Notes: a model not told the origin generated them from the letters alone. Numbered from the stretch's first letter, positions 23,867 through 32,557 are shown. The stretch: 64,000 nucleotides of DNA from Actinomycetota bacterium (GCA_046765815.1 JBKPRG010000002.1:2501-66500), one strand, 5' to 3'. Made by a program: numbers and translations.

Positions 23867-26737
23867 CTAAAGCTGCGGCGCGACCGGCTCGAGCAACCCG
23901 AGCTCGTGTGCCCGGCCGGTGGCCTCCGTTCGCGAGCGGCAACCGAGCTTGGCGAGCATGTTGCGGACGTGCATGTCGACCGTACGTGGGCTGAGAAAGA
24001 GCCCGTGGGCAATCTCGCGGTTCGTGCGTCCCACGGCGACCAGGCGCAGGATCTCGAGCTCTCGTCGTGTGAGGCCGCCCTGCTCCAAGCCACGCGCAGC
24101 CCTGCGGCCGAGGCGCTCGTCGACCTGCTCGTCGGCGGCCGCGAGATCCGCGGCGGTGCGGTTGGCGAACGGACGCGCGCCGAGCTTCCTGAACGTGTGG
24201 TACGCGCCGGTGAGGCGCTCCACTCCAAGCTCCCTCTCGCCGGCGGCAATGAGTGCAGTTCCCCCGCGCGCCTGCGTCAACGCGCGCTCGAAGGGTGCCT
24301 CGATCTCGGTCAGGCGCTCGAGCGCCCGCCCGAACTGCTCGGCCGCGGACGCGGCGTCGCGTTCGACCAGCGCGACCTCGCCGAGCGCGTGGGCGAGTGC
24401 GGCGACCGTGTCCGCGCCGGCGAACCGCGAGGCCCACGCTGCGGTTGCGTCTGCGCAGGCGTAGACGAGCCTGCTGTCGCCTCGGCGCGCGGCAAAGGTC
24501 GACGCGAGCCGCAGCCCGCGCGCGCGTGACGCGGACATGTGCTCGACGTCCGCCGCCACGAGCTCGTTCCAGCGCGGGCTCGCGACGTCTTCGAGCTCGT
24601 CCACGAGTGCGAGGCCGAACTCACATCCGTGCGTGCTGTCCACCATCCCGACCTCACGGGTGATGGGGAGCGCTCGCATCAGCAGTCGCCGCCCGCGCTT
24701 CGTCGCGCCACGCGCTGCGGCGATCAGGCCGAGCGTCATCTCCGCGTGCGCCGTGTTCCACTTCTGAAGGGAGGGCCGCTGGAGCAACGCGCGCGCGAGT
24801 TGCTCTGCGCGCGTCCATTCCCCCGAGTTCCCCAGCACCACGGCCATGCAGCCGACGCACAATTGCTCGTCGTCGCTCAAGTGGTTGGCCCGGCAGTACA
24901 CCAGGGCGTCGTCGAGCGCCGCCTCTGCAGTGGGGTAGTCGGCCCAGTCGTTCGCCGTCGCCCCGAGCGCCCAGTACGCGGTCACGGCGGCCTCGACATG
25001 ATTACCGTCGACGGCGACGGTCAGTGCCGCACGGAGCAGCTTGACGGCTTCGTCACGAGATCCTTCGCGTCCGGCCTTGAAGCCCTTGCTGCTCAAGCAA
25101 CGCGACTCGACATCCGACCTGCCGGCGCGCCGCGCGGTCTCGAGCGCTCGATCGAGGAGGCGGTCGAGCTGTGCCGGATCTTCGCGCCAGAGACCTTCGG
25201 ATGCGGCATAGAGCTCGACCGCGGCGTCGCCGTGAAGGCCGACGGCGTCGAACGCGTCTGCGGCTTCGAGATGCGCGGCCGCCGCCTTCGGCGAGGCGCC
25301 CTGAAGCTCGTAGACGGTTGCCAGCTGCCGCTGCACCTCGGCGCGCCGCTGTTGATCCACGGCCTCGTGGAGGCCGTCGGCGACCTCTTCCCATGCGCCG
25401 CTGGCCTCAGTGAGTGCGCCGGAGAGCTGGGCGCAGCGAGCGAGCTGTGCGAGGGCATCGAGTCGGCCCGACTCGTCTTCGCCCTCGGGCCAGATCTCGA
25501 GCGCCACGCGGCCGGCGGCTGCCGCGTCCCGGTACGCGTGCACCTCGCAGGAGCGTCGCGCCGCCTCGATGAGCAGCGGGAGCGCGCGTCGGCGCTCGCC
25601 CGCGGCCAGCCAGTGCTCTGCGATCAGGCGAGGCTCGGCGCCACGGGCTTCGAGCAGCGCGGCCAGCTCCCGGTGCAGGGAGCGACGTCTCGGCCAGTGG
25701 GTGTCCGCGTAGATTGCTTCCCGGACCAGGTCGTGTCGGAAGGCCGCGATTCCCGGCTCGAGCTCGTACAGCAGAGCTCGATCGAAGAGCTCGCCCAGAC
25801 CGGCTTCGCGGCCGAGTCGTGCGAGCAGGTCGAGCTCGACTTCGAGGCCGACGGCGGCCGCCGCCTCGAGAGCATCGCGTCCCTCGTCGGACAGGCCCTC
25901 GGTTCGCACACGCAGAGCGTCGCGAAGCGTCTCGGGGATCGGCACGCTCGCCCCCTCTGCGAGCTCGAAGCCGCGTGGTCCCGCTGTAAGCCGAGCGCTT
26001 TCTCGCAGCGCGGCCGCGAGCTCCTCGACGAAGAACGGCACGCCCTGCGTACGGTCGTAGAGCGCCACGCTCAGCGCCGGGCCCGGCTCCCCGCCGAGCA
26101 CCCGTGCCGCGATGTGCGCCGTCGCATCGGCGTCGAGCGGCTCCACGCCGAGCTCGGCGAGCCGCCCCGCGCGACGCAGCTCGGTACGGAGTCGGCGTAG
26201 GGGATGGCCCCGCGGGATCTCGTCGCTCCGGTAGGCGCCGAGCACGAGGAGAGCCCACTGCTCCGCGGCTTCGGCGAGCGACGGAAGGAACTCCAGCGTC
26301 GCCGCGTCCGCCCACTGGAGGTCGTCGAGAAAGACGACTGTCGGCTCCCGTGCCGAGATCGTCGCGAACGCGCCTCGCAAGGCCTCATAGAGCGTCTCCC
26401 GGTCCGTGACCTCCGGCGCCGGTCCGAGCTCCGGCAGGAGGACGCCGAGGTGAGCGACGGTCGGGTCCTCCCGCGGAAGCGACGCGCGATCGCGCCGGAA
26501 GTGGTGGCGGAGCACGGCGGCGATGGGCGCGTACGGCGAGCCGCCATGCTTGGCGGCGCCTCTCAGGCAGGCGAGGTGCGCGGCGGTGACGGCGGCCTCG
26601 GCGAGCCGCGTCTTGCCCATGCCCGCGTCCCCTGCGAGCAAGAGCAGGCCGCCTTCGCCTCTGGCCGCCCGAGTGACGAGCTCACGGAGCTGTTCCAGCT
26701 CGCGTTCGCGACCGACCACGGGATCTCTCCTTCTCAC
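23867..26737 (-). CDS. Large LuxR-family regulator with N-terminal AAA/STAND ATPase and TPR-like middle region (MalT/LAL-like)
   Basis: Walker A LAGDAGMGKTRL, long helical repeat region, C-terminal LTRRELEILRLVAVGRTNREIAHGLFLSPRTVDMHVRNM. Confidence 0.85.
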   Translation of the reverse strand: MRRRDPVVGRERELEQLRELVTRAARGEGGLLLLAGDAGMGKTRLAEAAVTAAHLACLRGAAKHGGSPYAPIAAVLRHHFRRDRASLPREDPTVAHLGVLLPELGPAPEVTDRETLYEALRGAFATISAREPTVVFLDDLQWADAATLEFLPSLAEAAEQWALLVLGAYRSDEIPRGHPLRRLRTELRRAGRLAELGVEPLDADATAHIAARVLGGEPGPALSVALYDRTQGVPFFVEELAAALRESARLTAGPRGFELAEGASVPIPETLRDALRVRTEGLSDEGRDALEAAAAVGLEVELDLLARLGREAGLGELFDRALLYELEPGIAAFRHDLVREAIYADTHWPRRRSLHRELAALLEARGAEPRLIAEHWLAAGERRRALPLLIEAARRSCEVHAYRDAAAAGRVALEIWPEGEDESGRLDALAQLARCAQLSGALTEASGAWEEVADGLHEAVDQQRRAEVQRQLATVYELQGASPKAAAAHLEAADAFDAVGLHGDAAVELYAASEGLWREDPAQLDRLLDRALETARRAGRSDVESRCLSSKGFKAGREGSRDEAVKLLRAALTVAVDGNHVEAAVTAYWALGATANDWADYPTAEAALDDALVYCRANHLSDDEQLCVGCMAVVLGNSGEWTRAEQLARALLQRPSLQKWNTAHAEMTLGLIAAARGATKRGRRLLMRALPITREVGMVDSTHGCEFGLALVDELEDVASPRWNELVAADVEHMSASRARGLRLASTFAARRGDSRLVYACADATAAWASRFAGADTVAALAHALGEVALVERDAASAAEQFGRALERLTEIEAPFERALTQARGGTALIAAGERELGVERLTGAYHTFRKLGARPFANRTAADLAAADEQVDERLGRRAARGLEQGGLTRRELEILRLVAVGRTNREIAHGLFLSPRTVDMHVRNMLAKLGCRSRTEATGRAHELGLLEPVAPQL

Positions 26738-26791
26738 CCAGCCGAGTGTAGGAGGCGCCGGCGGGCATGCAAGCCCGCCGGCGCCTGCGAC

Positions 26792-27742
26792 CTACCGGGT
26801 GGACACGTAGATGTCGGACGCGCCCGTTCCGCCCTCGCCGGTGCCGGGTGCGCCGGCTCGACCGAAGAGGAGCTGGTCCGCGTCCCAGGAGAGCGAGGGC
26901 CGTGACTCGCCCAGACTCGTGTTCACGTTCGGGCCGAGGTTGACCGGCGTCGACCAGGGGTCGTCGACCCTGTCGCGCGTCGCCGTCCAGATGTCCTGGC
27001 CGCCCGCGCCGCCCGAGCGGTTGGACGAGAACACGACCTCGCGACCGTTCCTGCGCACGTTCGGCTGGATGTCGTTGGCGGTCGCGTCGTTCAGCTCGGT
27101 GATCGGCGTCGCCGGTCCGAAGCGAGCCCCGTTCTGCCGCTCGCTCAGGTAGATCTGCCCGGGAACATTCGGGGTGACGGAGCTGCGCGAGAAGTACAGG
27201 ATCTTCTTCCCTCGGAGCGTGCCACTGGCGTCGACCCACGACGGTCCTTGCTCGTCGAGCTCACTATTCGGGCCGGCCGGAGCGCAAAGGAGGCGTTGCG
27301 GCTCCGCCCAGCCGCCGCCCTCACGGTGGGTGAAGTAGATGTCGCCCTGACCGCACGCGCCGGGGAGCGCCTCCCTGCTCACGAAGAACAGCCCACGCTT
27401 GCCGACGGGCGTTGGACAGAAGTCGTCTGCGGCCGAGTTGACGGGCTCGCCGAGGTTCTGCGGAGCACCCCAGGGCGCACTCGTGCTCGCGCGGGTGGCC
27501 ATCCAGATGTCGAGCCCGCCCTTTCCTCCGGGGCGGTTCGAAGCAAGGTAGAGACTGAGGCCGTCCGGTGATTGTGCCGGGCAGCCGTCGACGGACGGCG
27601 TGTTGATCTCCGAGCTGTTGCCGCCGGTCTCGTCGATCTTCTGCGCCGTACCCCACTGCGAAAACTGCATCGCGCTCGCGGCGCCTGCCACGACCACCGC
27701 GAGAATCGTCGCCGCGAGGAGCGCTCCACGTGTCCGGTGCAT
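26792..27742 (-). CDS. Secreted TolB-like beta-propeller protein (PD40/WD40-like repeats)
   Basis: Signal peptide; repeated SPDGLSLYLASNRPGGKGGLDIW / GREVVFSSNRSGGAGGQDIW motifs. Confidence 0.75.
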   Translation of the reverse strand: MHRTRGALLAATILAVVVAGAASAMQFSQWGTAQKIDETGGNSSEINTPSVDGCPAQSPDGLSLYLASNRPGGKGGLDIWMATRASTSAPWGAPQNLGEPVNSAADDFCPTPVGKRGLFFVSREALPGACGQGDIYFTHREGGGWAEPQRLLCAPAGPNSELDEQGPSWVDASGTLRGKKILYFSRSSVTPNVPGQIYLSERQNGARFGPATPITELNDATANDIQPNVRRNGREVVFSSNRSGGAGGQDIWTATRDRVDDPWSTPVNLGPNVNTSLGESRPSLSWDADQLLFGRAGAPGTGEGGTGASDIYVSTR

Positions 27743-27908
27743 CGTGCCTCCTTCGGTTGCCAGTCAGTAGCCGCTGACGCTAGGAAGGGAGGCGCGACAC
27801 CGCATCAGCCGAGTTGCCGTAGTTACGGCTCAGGTATGCCGTATTTCGCGAGCAGTCCGGAGCGAATCGGCTCACTGACGTGATCGGGACGAGACGGCGG
27901 GAACCTTG

Positions 27909-27934
27909 CGCGGGTTCGAATCCCGCCGCCTCCA
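27909..27934 (+). repeat. Displaced copy of the tmRNA 3' end (T-arm plus acceptor 3' strand)
   Basis: CGCGGGTTCGAATCCCGCCGCCTCCA vs 22298-22323 CGCGGGTTCGATTCCCGCCGCCTCCA; no matching 5' acceptor strand upstream. Confidence 0.8.
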
Positions 27935-27953
27935 TCATCATCATCATCATCAT
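27933..27953. repeat. (CAT)7 trinucleotide microsatellite, followed by CAC
   Basis: Read directly: CATCATCATCATCATCATCAT CAC, intergenic between stop at 27982 and start at 27742 (both minus strand). Confidence 0.95.
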
Positions 27954-27981
27954 CACTGTTCACGTCTCACTCACTTCCGAG

Positions 27982-30417
27982 TTACGAACGCCTCAGTGCG
28001 AACGCGACTGCCTGGTCCCAGGTCAGGGCGCCACCTTCGGCGAAGGCGGCGTCGGCTCGCTCCTTTCCGAGCCGGGCGCGGGCCGGGCCTAGGTCGCGCT
28101 CGCGCCACGTCTCGGACAAGGGCGGGGCATGGGAGACGCCGAGCTCGATCCACTTCGATGCGACAGCCCCCTCCAGCCGCAGCGCGTCTTCGTCTCGGCC
28201 GAGGCCGGCTGCCGTAAAGGCGAGACCGAGGATCTCGATCGTCTGCTGCATGACGTCCCCGATCGTGAGCACTGTCTCGAGGGCGCTCACTCGGTGCTGC
28301 TCGGCAAGGGCGTAGTCGCGCCTGTGCATGGCGCAGTCCGCGAGGTAGTGATCACCCGAGATCATCGTCGAGACGTCTTCGCCGTCGCGGGTGGCCGCGT
28401 GGAGCTCCCGTGCCAGCGGTTCCGCGCGCTCGAACTCGCCCGTCGCCACGAGCAGCTGGCAGACGCCGGCGATCGAGCGGTTGACGAGCGCCCGGTGACC
28501 CAGACGGCGGGCGTGCTCGAGGTTCTCCTCGAACAGCTGCCGCGCGCTCGACTTGTCTGCGCGCATGTAGTGAGCCCAGCCCAGCATGTCGCGGGTCGCC
28601 GCCAACTCCGTCTCGTCTCCGGCGGCGCGCCATAGCTCGATCGCCCGTTCCAGCCGCCCGTACCCGGACGTCTCGTCGACGTCGACCCATGAAAGGGCGG
28701 CCAACGCTCGGGCTGTAAGCGGCCCGTCATCGACGTCCGACGCAAGCGCCTCTTCGAGCCGTCGCGTGCCCTCTGCGAAATGTGATCTCGTCGCCCAGAA
28801 CCAACCGAGCGCACCCGCGAGCTGGAGCTGGCCGAGTGGATCGCGGTCCTCCAAGTCGTCGAGTGCGGCGCGGAGATTGTCGTGCTCTTCCTCGAGCCTC
28901 CGCGTCCACGTCAGGCCGCGGTCGAACCTCTCCGCATAGGCGAGCTCGCCGAGCGCGACGTAGTGGTCGGCATGCCGGCGGCGCGCATCGACGAACTCCC
29001 CGGACCCCTCGAGTAGCTCCCGAGCGTACTCGCGGATCGTCTGGAGCATCCAGAAGCGGTCGGCGGTTCGGCGCAGCAAGCTCTTGTCGTGGAGCGATTG
29101 CAGCACTGCGATGTCGGCGCCGGCGACTTGCTCGGCGCTCTCGAGCGTGCAGCCGCCGCGAAAGACGGCCATGCGAGTGAGCAGCTTCTTCTCCTCCGGC
29201 GCGAGGAGCTCGTAGGACCAGGCGATCGTCGCACGGAGCGTCTGCTGGCGCGGATCCGCGTCGCGGCCGCCTCTGAACAGGTCGAGGCGCTGCGAGATTC
29301 GTTCGAGGATCTGAGCCGGCGTGAGGACGCTGATGCGCGCAGCGGCCAGTTCGAGCGCCAGCGGCAGGTTGTCAAGCCGGCCGCACAAGTCGGCGATTGC
29401 CTCCTCCGGCGCGACCCGCGCCCGCGCACAGAACAGCTCGACTGCATCCGGCTCGGCAAGCGCAGGCACCGCGAAAACGATCTCGCCGTCGACCCGCAAC
29501 AGCTCCCGGCTCGTAACAAGCAGACGCAGGTTCGGGCAGGCTTGCAGCAGCGCGGCCAGCTCGACGGCCGACTCGACCACTTGCTCGAGGTTGTCGAGCA
29601 CGAGCAAGAGCTGTTTGTCGCCGATGTGCGCTGCCAGCTCCTGTTGCGCACCCAGGGTCCGCGCGATCGTCTCCACGACCAGGGCCGGATCGCGCACCGG
29701 AGCCAGCCCGATCCAGAACACTCCGGCTGGGAAGTCGCTCACCAAGTCCCCTGCGGCCTCGACCGCCAGCCGGGTCTTTCCCGTCCCGCCCGGTCCGGCG
29801 AGCGTCAGCAGCCGCGCGCCCTCGTCGCGAATGAGGTTGAGAACCGCGGTCACCTCCTCGTCGCGTCCCACGAACGAGGACAGCGGCACGGGGAGGTTCG
29901 TGTTGGAGATCGTCCGCAGCGGTGGGAAGCGGCCGGACCCGAGCTGGTACAGCGAGACCGGCTCGGCGAAGTCCTTCAATCGGTGCCGGCCCAGGTCGAG
30001 CACGTCGACTTGGACGAGCTCGTGGGTTGTTTCGGAGAGCAGCACCTGGCCGCCGTGCGCCGCGCTCATGATCCTCGCCGCCTTGTGGACGTCCGGACCG
30101 ACGTACTTGGGCGCGTCGAGCAACGGCTCACCGGTGTGCACGCCGACCCGGATCCGTGCCGGCCCGTCGCCAAGCGACGCCATCGCCTGCGTCACCGCCG
30201 TGACGGCTTCCGACGCCGATTCGAAGGCATAGAACAAGCCGTCGCCCGCGTCATCGACCTCGTAGCCAAAGTGCGCACCAAACGCTTCCCGAAGAGTTCG
30301 TCGCTGGCCGGCCAGAGCCTCCCTGAACGCCTCGGCGCCGATGTCGCCGAGCAGCGCCGTCGACCCCTCGACGTCGGTGAACACCAGGGTCACCGTTCCC
30401 GACGGCTGCACCGCCAC
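27982..30417 (-). CDS. Class III nucleotidyl cyclase - P-loop NTPase (STAND/NB-ARC-like) - TPR protein
   Basis: GTVTLVFTDVEGST...GDGLFYAF...VGVHTGEP cyclase motifs; GPGGTGKTRLA Walker A; C-terminal TPR-like repeats. Start set to GTG 30417; the 31263 ORF start adds ~280 non-protein-like residues. Confidence 0.8.
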   Translation of the reverse strand: MAVQPSGTVTLVFTDVEGSTALLGDIGAEAFREALAGQRRTLREAFGAHFGYEVDDAGDGLFYAFESASEAVTAVTQAMASLGDGPARIRVGVHTGEPLLDAPKYVGPDVHKAARIMSAAHGGQVLLSETTHELVQVDVLDLGRHRLKDFAEPVSLYQLGSGRFPPLRTISNTNLPVPLSSFVGRDEEVTAVLNLIRDEGARLLTLAGPGGTGKTRLAVEAAGDLVSDFPAGVFWIGLAPVRDPALVVETIARTLGAQQELAAHIGDKQLLLVLDNLEQVVESAVELAALLQACPNLRLLVTSRELLRVDGEIVFAVPALAEPDAVELFCARARVAPEEAIADLCGRLDNLPLALELAAARISVLTPAQILERISQRLDLFRGGRDADPRQQTLRATIAWSYELLAPEEKKLLTRMAVFRGGCTLESAEQVAGADIAVLQSLHDKSLLRRTADRFWMLQTIREYARELLEGSGEFVDARRRHADHYVALGELAYAERFDRGLTWTRRLEEEHDNLRAALDDLEDRDPLGQLQLAGALGWFWATRSHFAEGTRRLEEALASDVDDGPLTARALAALSWVDVDETSGYGRLERAIELWRAAGDETELAATRDMLGWAHYMRADKSSARQLFEENLEHARRLGHRALVNRSIAGVCQLLVATGEFERAEPLARELHAATRDGEDVSTMISGDHYLADCAMHRRDYALAEQHRVSALETVLTIGDVMQQTIEILGLAFTAAGLGRDEDALRLEGAVASKWIELGVSHAPPLSETWRERDLGPARARLGKERADAAFAEGGALTWDQAVAFALRRS

Positions 30418-30825
30418 GGAACCATCATCCGCCGCGCGCGTCTCCGGGACAAGCTGGTCTCTTGCCGCCGCCCGCCCTGCCGACGCCCGAGGTCGCGCCG
30501 GCACATTGGCGCCAGCCCCCACGGAGGCCCCGTCCGCGAGCGGCTGGAGGCAGGAAGACGCGGTGGGGCGCCGGGACGCCGCCGGACTGTTGCCGCCGCG
30601 GGTCAGATAGTCGTTCCTAAGGGCTGGCCCACTGCCCCGCGGCTGCTGCTGCCGCCGGGGACGAGGTACATCTGCGTTGCCTGCGAATCCGGCGGCATAG
30701 GCCGCTGGCTCGTACCGAAATTCGAGCCCGTAGACGCGCTTCCCGGTCTCGCCCGACGCGAAGACTCTGGACGCGGATCGCTGATGGGCGTCGGCGGCTG
30801 ATCGAGGGCGAACATAATCCCGGAG

Positions 30826-31998
30826 GTGCTTCACGACCCCGCGCTCCACGAGCCTTTGACCGACGAGCCGTGGGACGAGGCCCGCTTGCGCGACGGCATA
30901 CGCGCGATCGTGGCCGACGCCGATGCGACCTTTGATCCGGTCGAGCTCTGGCCGGCCGACGAGTGGGACGGTTGGGAGGCGCCGCACCCGATGAAGGATC
31001 TCTACGTCGGTGCATCCGGCGTCCTCTGGGCGCTCGACTTCCTGCGCAGGCGCGGCTTTGCGGAGACCGGGATCGACCTCGCCGCTGCGTCGCGGCGCAC
31101 GCTCGAGCTCTGGAAGGAGGCGCCCGACTACTCTCAGTGGGCGGAGAGCGAGGATTTTCCTGTTACTCGGCCGTCCGCGTCCTCGCTGCTCCTCGGGGAG
31201 AGCGGCCCGCTGCTCGTCGCCTGGCGGCTCGAGCCGAGCGACGAGCTTGCGGATCGGCTGCACGGGCGCGTGCGCGAGAACGTCGGCAACGAGGCGATCG
31301 AGATCATGTGGGGCGAGCCCGGAACGATGCTGGCAGCGCAGGCGATGCTCGCCTGGACCGGCGAGGAGCGCTGGCAGTCGGCGTGGCAGGAGAGCGCCGA
31401 CTCGCTGTGGGCGACGCGGGAGGAGGACGGCCTATGGACGAACCGGCTCTACGGCGAGACGTTCCGCAGCCTGACGCCCCTGCACGGCCTCGTCGGCAAC
31501 GTGCTCGCACTCAGGCCCGACCCGCGGCGCGCGCAGCTCGAGCGCGAGACAGCCGAGATTCTCGCGCGGCTTGTGGTGCGCGAAGACGGGCTCGCGAGCT
31601 GGTTCTCGCGCGAGGACTCTGACAGCGACACGGTCAAGCTTCAGTGGTGCGGCGCGGCCGGGATTCTCGCCGTCGCCTCTTCCTACCTCGACGAGGAGCT
31701 CGTCGTCGACGGCGCCGAGCTGATCTGGCAGGCAGGCCCACCGGGGATGGAGAAAGGCTCGGGCATCTGCCACGGCACGGCCGGCAACGGGTACGCGTTC
31801 CTGAAGGCGTTCGAGCGGACCGGCGACGAGCTCTGGCTCGAGCGGGCGCGACGCTTCGCAGTGCACGCGCTCGGCCAGATCGAGCGCCGCGGGCACGGCC
31901 GCTACTCGCTGTGGACCGGCGACGCCGGTGTCGCGCTCTTCGCTGTCGGCTGCCTCGACGCGCGCGCGGCCTACCCGGTGCTCGACAGCTGGGACTAG
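30826..31998 (+). CDS. LanC-like protein (lanthionine synthetase C-like fold)
   Basis: Conserved LanC signatures GASGVLWAL, GEPGTMLA, KLQWCGAAGI (WCxG) and SGICHGTAGNGYAFL (CHG); start codon uncertain. Confidence 0.75.
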   Translation: MLHDPALHEPLTDEPWDEARLRDGIRAIVADADATFDPVELWPADEWDGWEAPHPMKDLYVGASGVLWALDFLRRRGFAETGIDLAAASRRTLELWKEAPDYSQWAESEDFPVTRPSASSLLLGESGPLLVAWRLEPSDELADRLHGRVRENVGNEAIEIMWGEPGTMLAAQAMLAWTGEERWQSAWQESADSLWATREEDGLWTNRLYGETFRSLTPLHGLVGNVLALRPDPRRAQLERETAEILARLVVREDGLASWFSREDSDSDTVKLQWCGAAGILAVASSYLDEELVVDGAELIWQAGPPGMEKGSGICHGTAGNGYAFLKAFERTGDELWLERARRFAVHALGQIERRGHGRYSLWTGDAGVALFAVGCLDARAAYPVLDSWD

Positions 31999-32112
31999 GG
32001 GCGCCTGCGCGACTTCCTCGCCCGAACGTGCCGAAGTACCACAGGGAACGTGTCACCGTGTAGGCCTGGGCGTTCGGCAAGGTCAGTCCCAAAGCCGAGT
32101 CGCGAGTTCTTG

Positions 32113-32134
32113 GAACACTCCCCCAGGAGTGTTC
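32113..32134. terminator. Perfect 9-bp hairpin GAACACTCC-CCCA-GGAGTGTTC
   Basis: Read directly; lies between convergent genes ending at 31998 (+) and 32240 (-). Confidence 0.4.
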
Positions 32135-32155
32135 TACGAAATGCTCCAAGAGGTC

Positions 32156-32205
32156 GGATGAACGAGAAGACCGGCGGCTCCAGCCGCCGGTCTCGTCGTT
32201 CATCC
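32156..32205. terminator. 50-nt near-perfect palindrome (21 of 23 stem positions paired, loop TCCA)
   Basis: GGATGAACGAGAAGACCGGCGGC TCCA GCCGCCGGTCTCGTCGTTCATCC; 35 nt past the stop of the minus-strand gene at 32240. Confidence 0.45.
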
Positions 32206-32239
32206 GGCTACTCGAACCGACTCCAGGAGCGTCAGCGCG

Positions 32240-32557
32240 TTAACGGAGCCAGGGCGCGAGGAACGTTTGGATCTCGGTGCAGCCGCGTGGGTTGTTGAGG
32301 CGTCCTTGGACGCGTCGTTGATCGATGGCGATGAGGGTCGGGACCTGATCGATGCGCAAGCGTTGGGCGAGATCGCTCCGCTGTGCGACGTCGATGATCT
32401 GGAGGTTGAACGTGTCGTGGTTGTGGCGACGCTGTAGGACCTGGGCGAGGTAGCCCTGGACACGGCGGCTGTGGCCGTCCGTTCGCGAGGTGAAGAGCAG
32501 AAGCATCGGCTTCTCCGACGTCGATGCCGGGATCTTTCGTGTCGCAGCGCTCGTCAT
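32240..32557 (-). CDS. KaiB-like thioredoxin-fold protein (no CxxC)
   Basis: MLLLFTSRTDGHSRRVQGYLAQVL...FNLQIIDVAQRSDLAQRLRIDQVPTLIAI..RR pattern parallels KaiB [25 protein letters not shown]...[29 protein letters not shown]; ATGA overlap with upstream gene; TAA stop and lower GC3 than surroundings. Confidence 0.6.
   Translation of the reverse strand: MTSAATRKIPASTSEKPMLLLFTSRTDGHSRRVQGYLAQVLQRRHNHDTFNLQIIDVAQRSDLAQRLRIDQVPTLIAIDQRRVQGRLNNPRGCTEIQTFLAPWLR

Larger units (their letters stand above)
22324..27934. mobile_element. Putative decayed genomic island inserted in ssrA (no integrase present)
   Basis: Bounded by the tmRNA 3' end and a same-orientation 25/26-nt copy of it at 27909-27934; cargo is regulators and secreted proteins. 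Confidence 0.35.

Noticed and set aside
27780-27956. Minus-strand 58-codon ORF starting GTG followed by seven consecutive ATG codons (V-M7-EAAGFEP...)
   Set aside because: It is a by-product of the (CAT)7 repeat. It runs through the tRNA-like ssrA fragment, has no SD and shows no coding-type composition.
27906-28217. Plus-strand ORF encoding a natural His8 run (MRGFESRRLHHHHHHHH...)
   Set aside because: It is the same microsatellite read in another frame. The rest overlaps the well-supported minus-strand cyclase-TPR gene and is Arg/Gly/Pro-rich, as expected for an antisense GC-rich frame.
30418-30825. Search for a lanthipeptide precursor-like small ORF next to the LanC-like gene
   Set aside because: The only ORFs there (for example 30603-30815 minus) are Pro/Ser/Gly-rich, have no Cys/Ser/Thr-rich core or leader-like features, and lack ribosome-binding sites.
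31634-32298. ORFs 31634-32203 (-) and 32050-32298 (+) spanning the LanC 3' end and the hairpin region
   Set aside because: One is antisense to the LanC-like gene and both run through the palindromes. Their peptides (for example MNEKTGGSSRRSRRSSG) simply mirror the hairpin arms.
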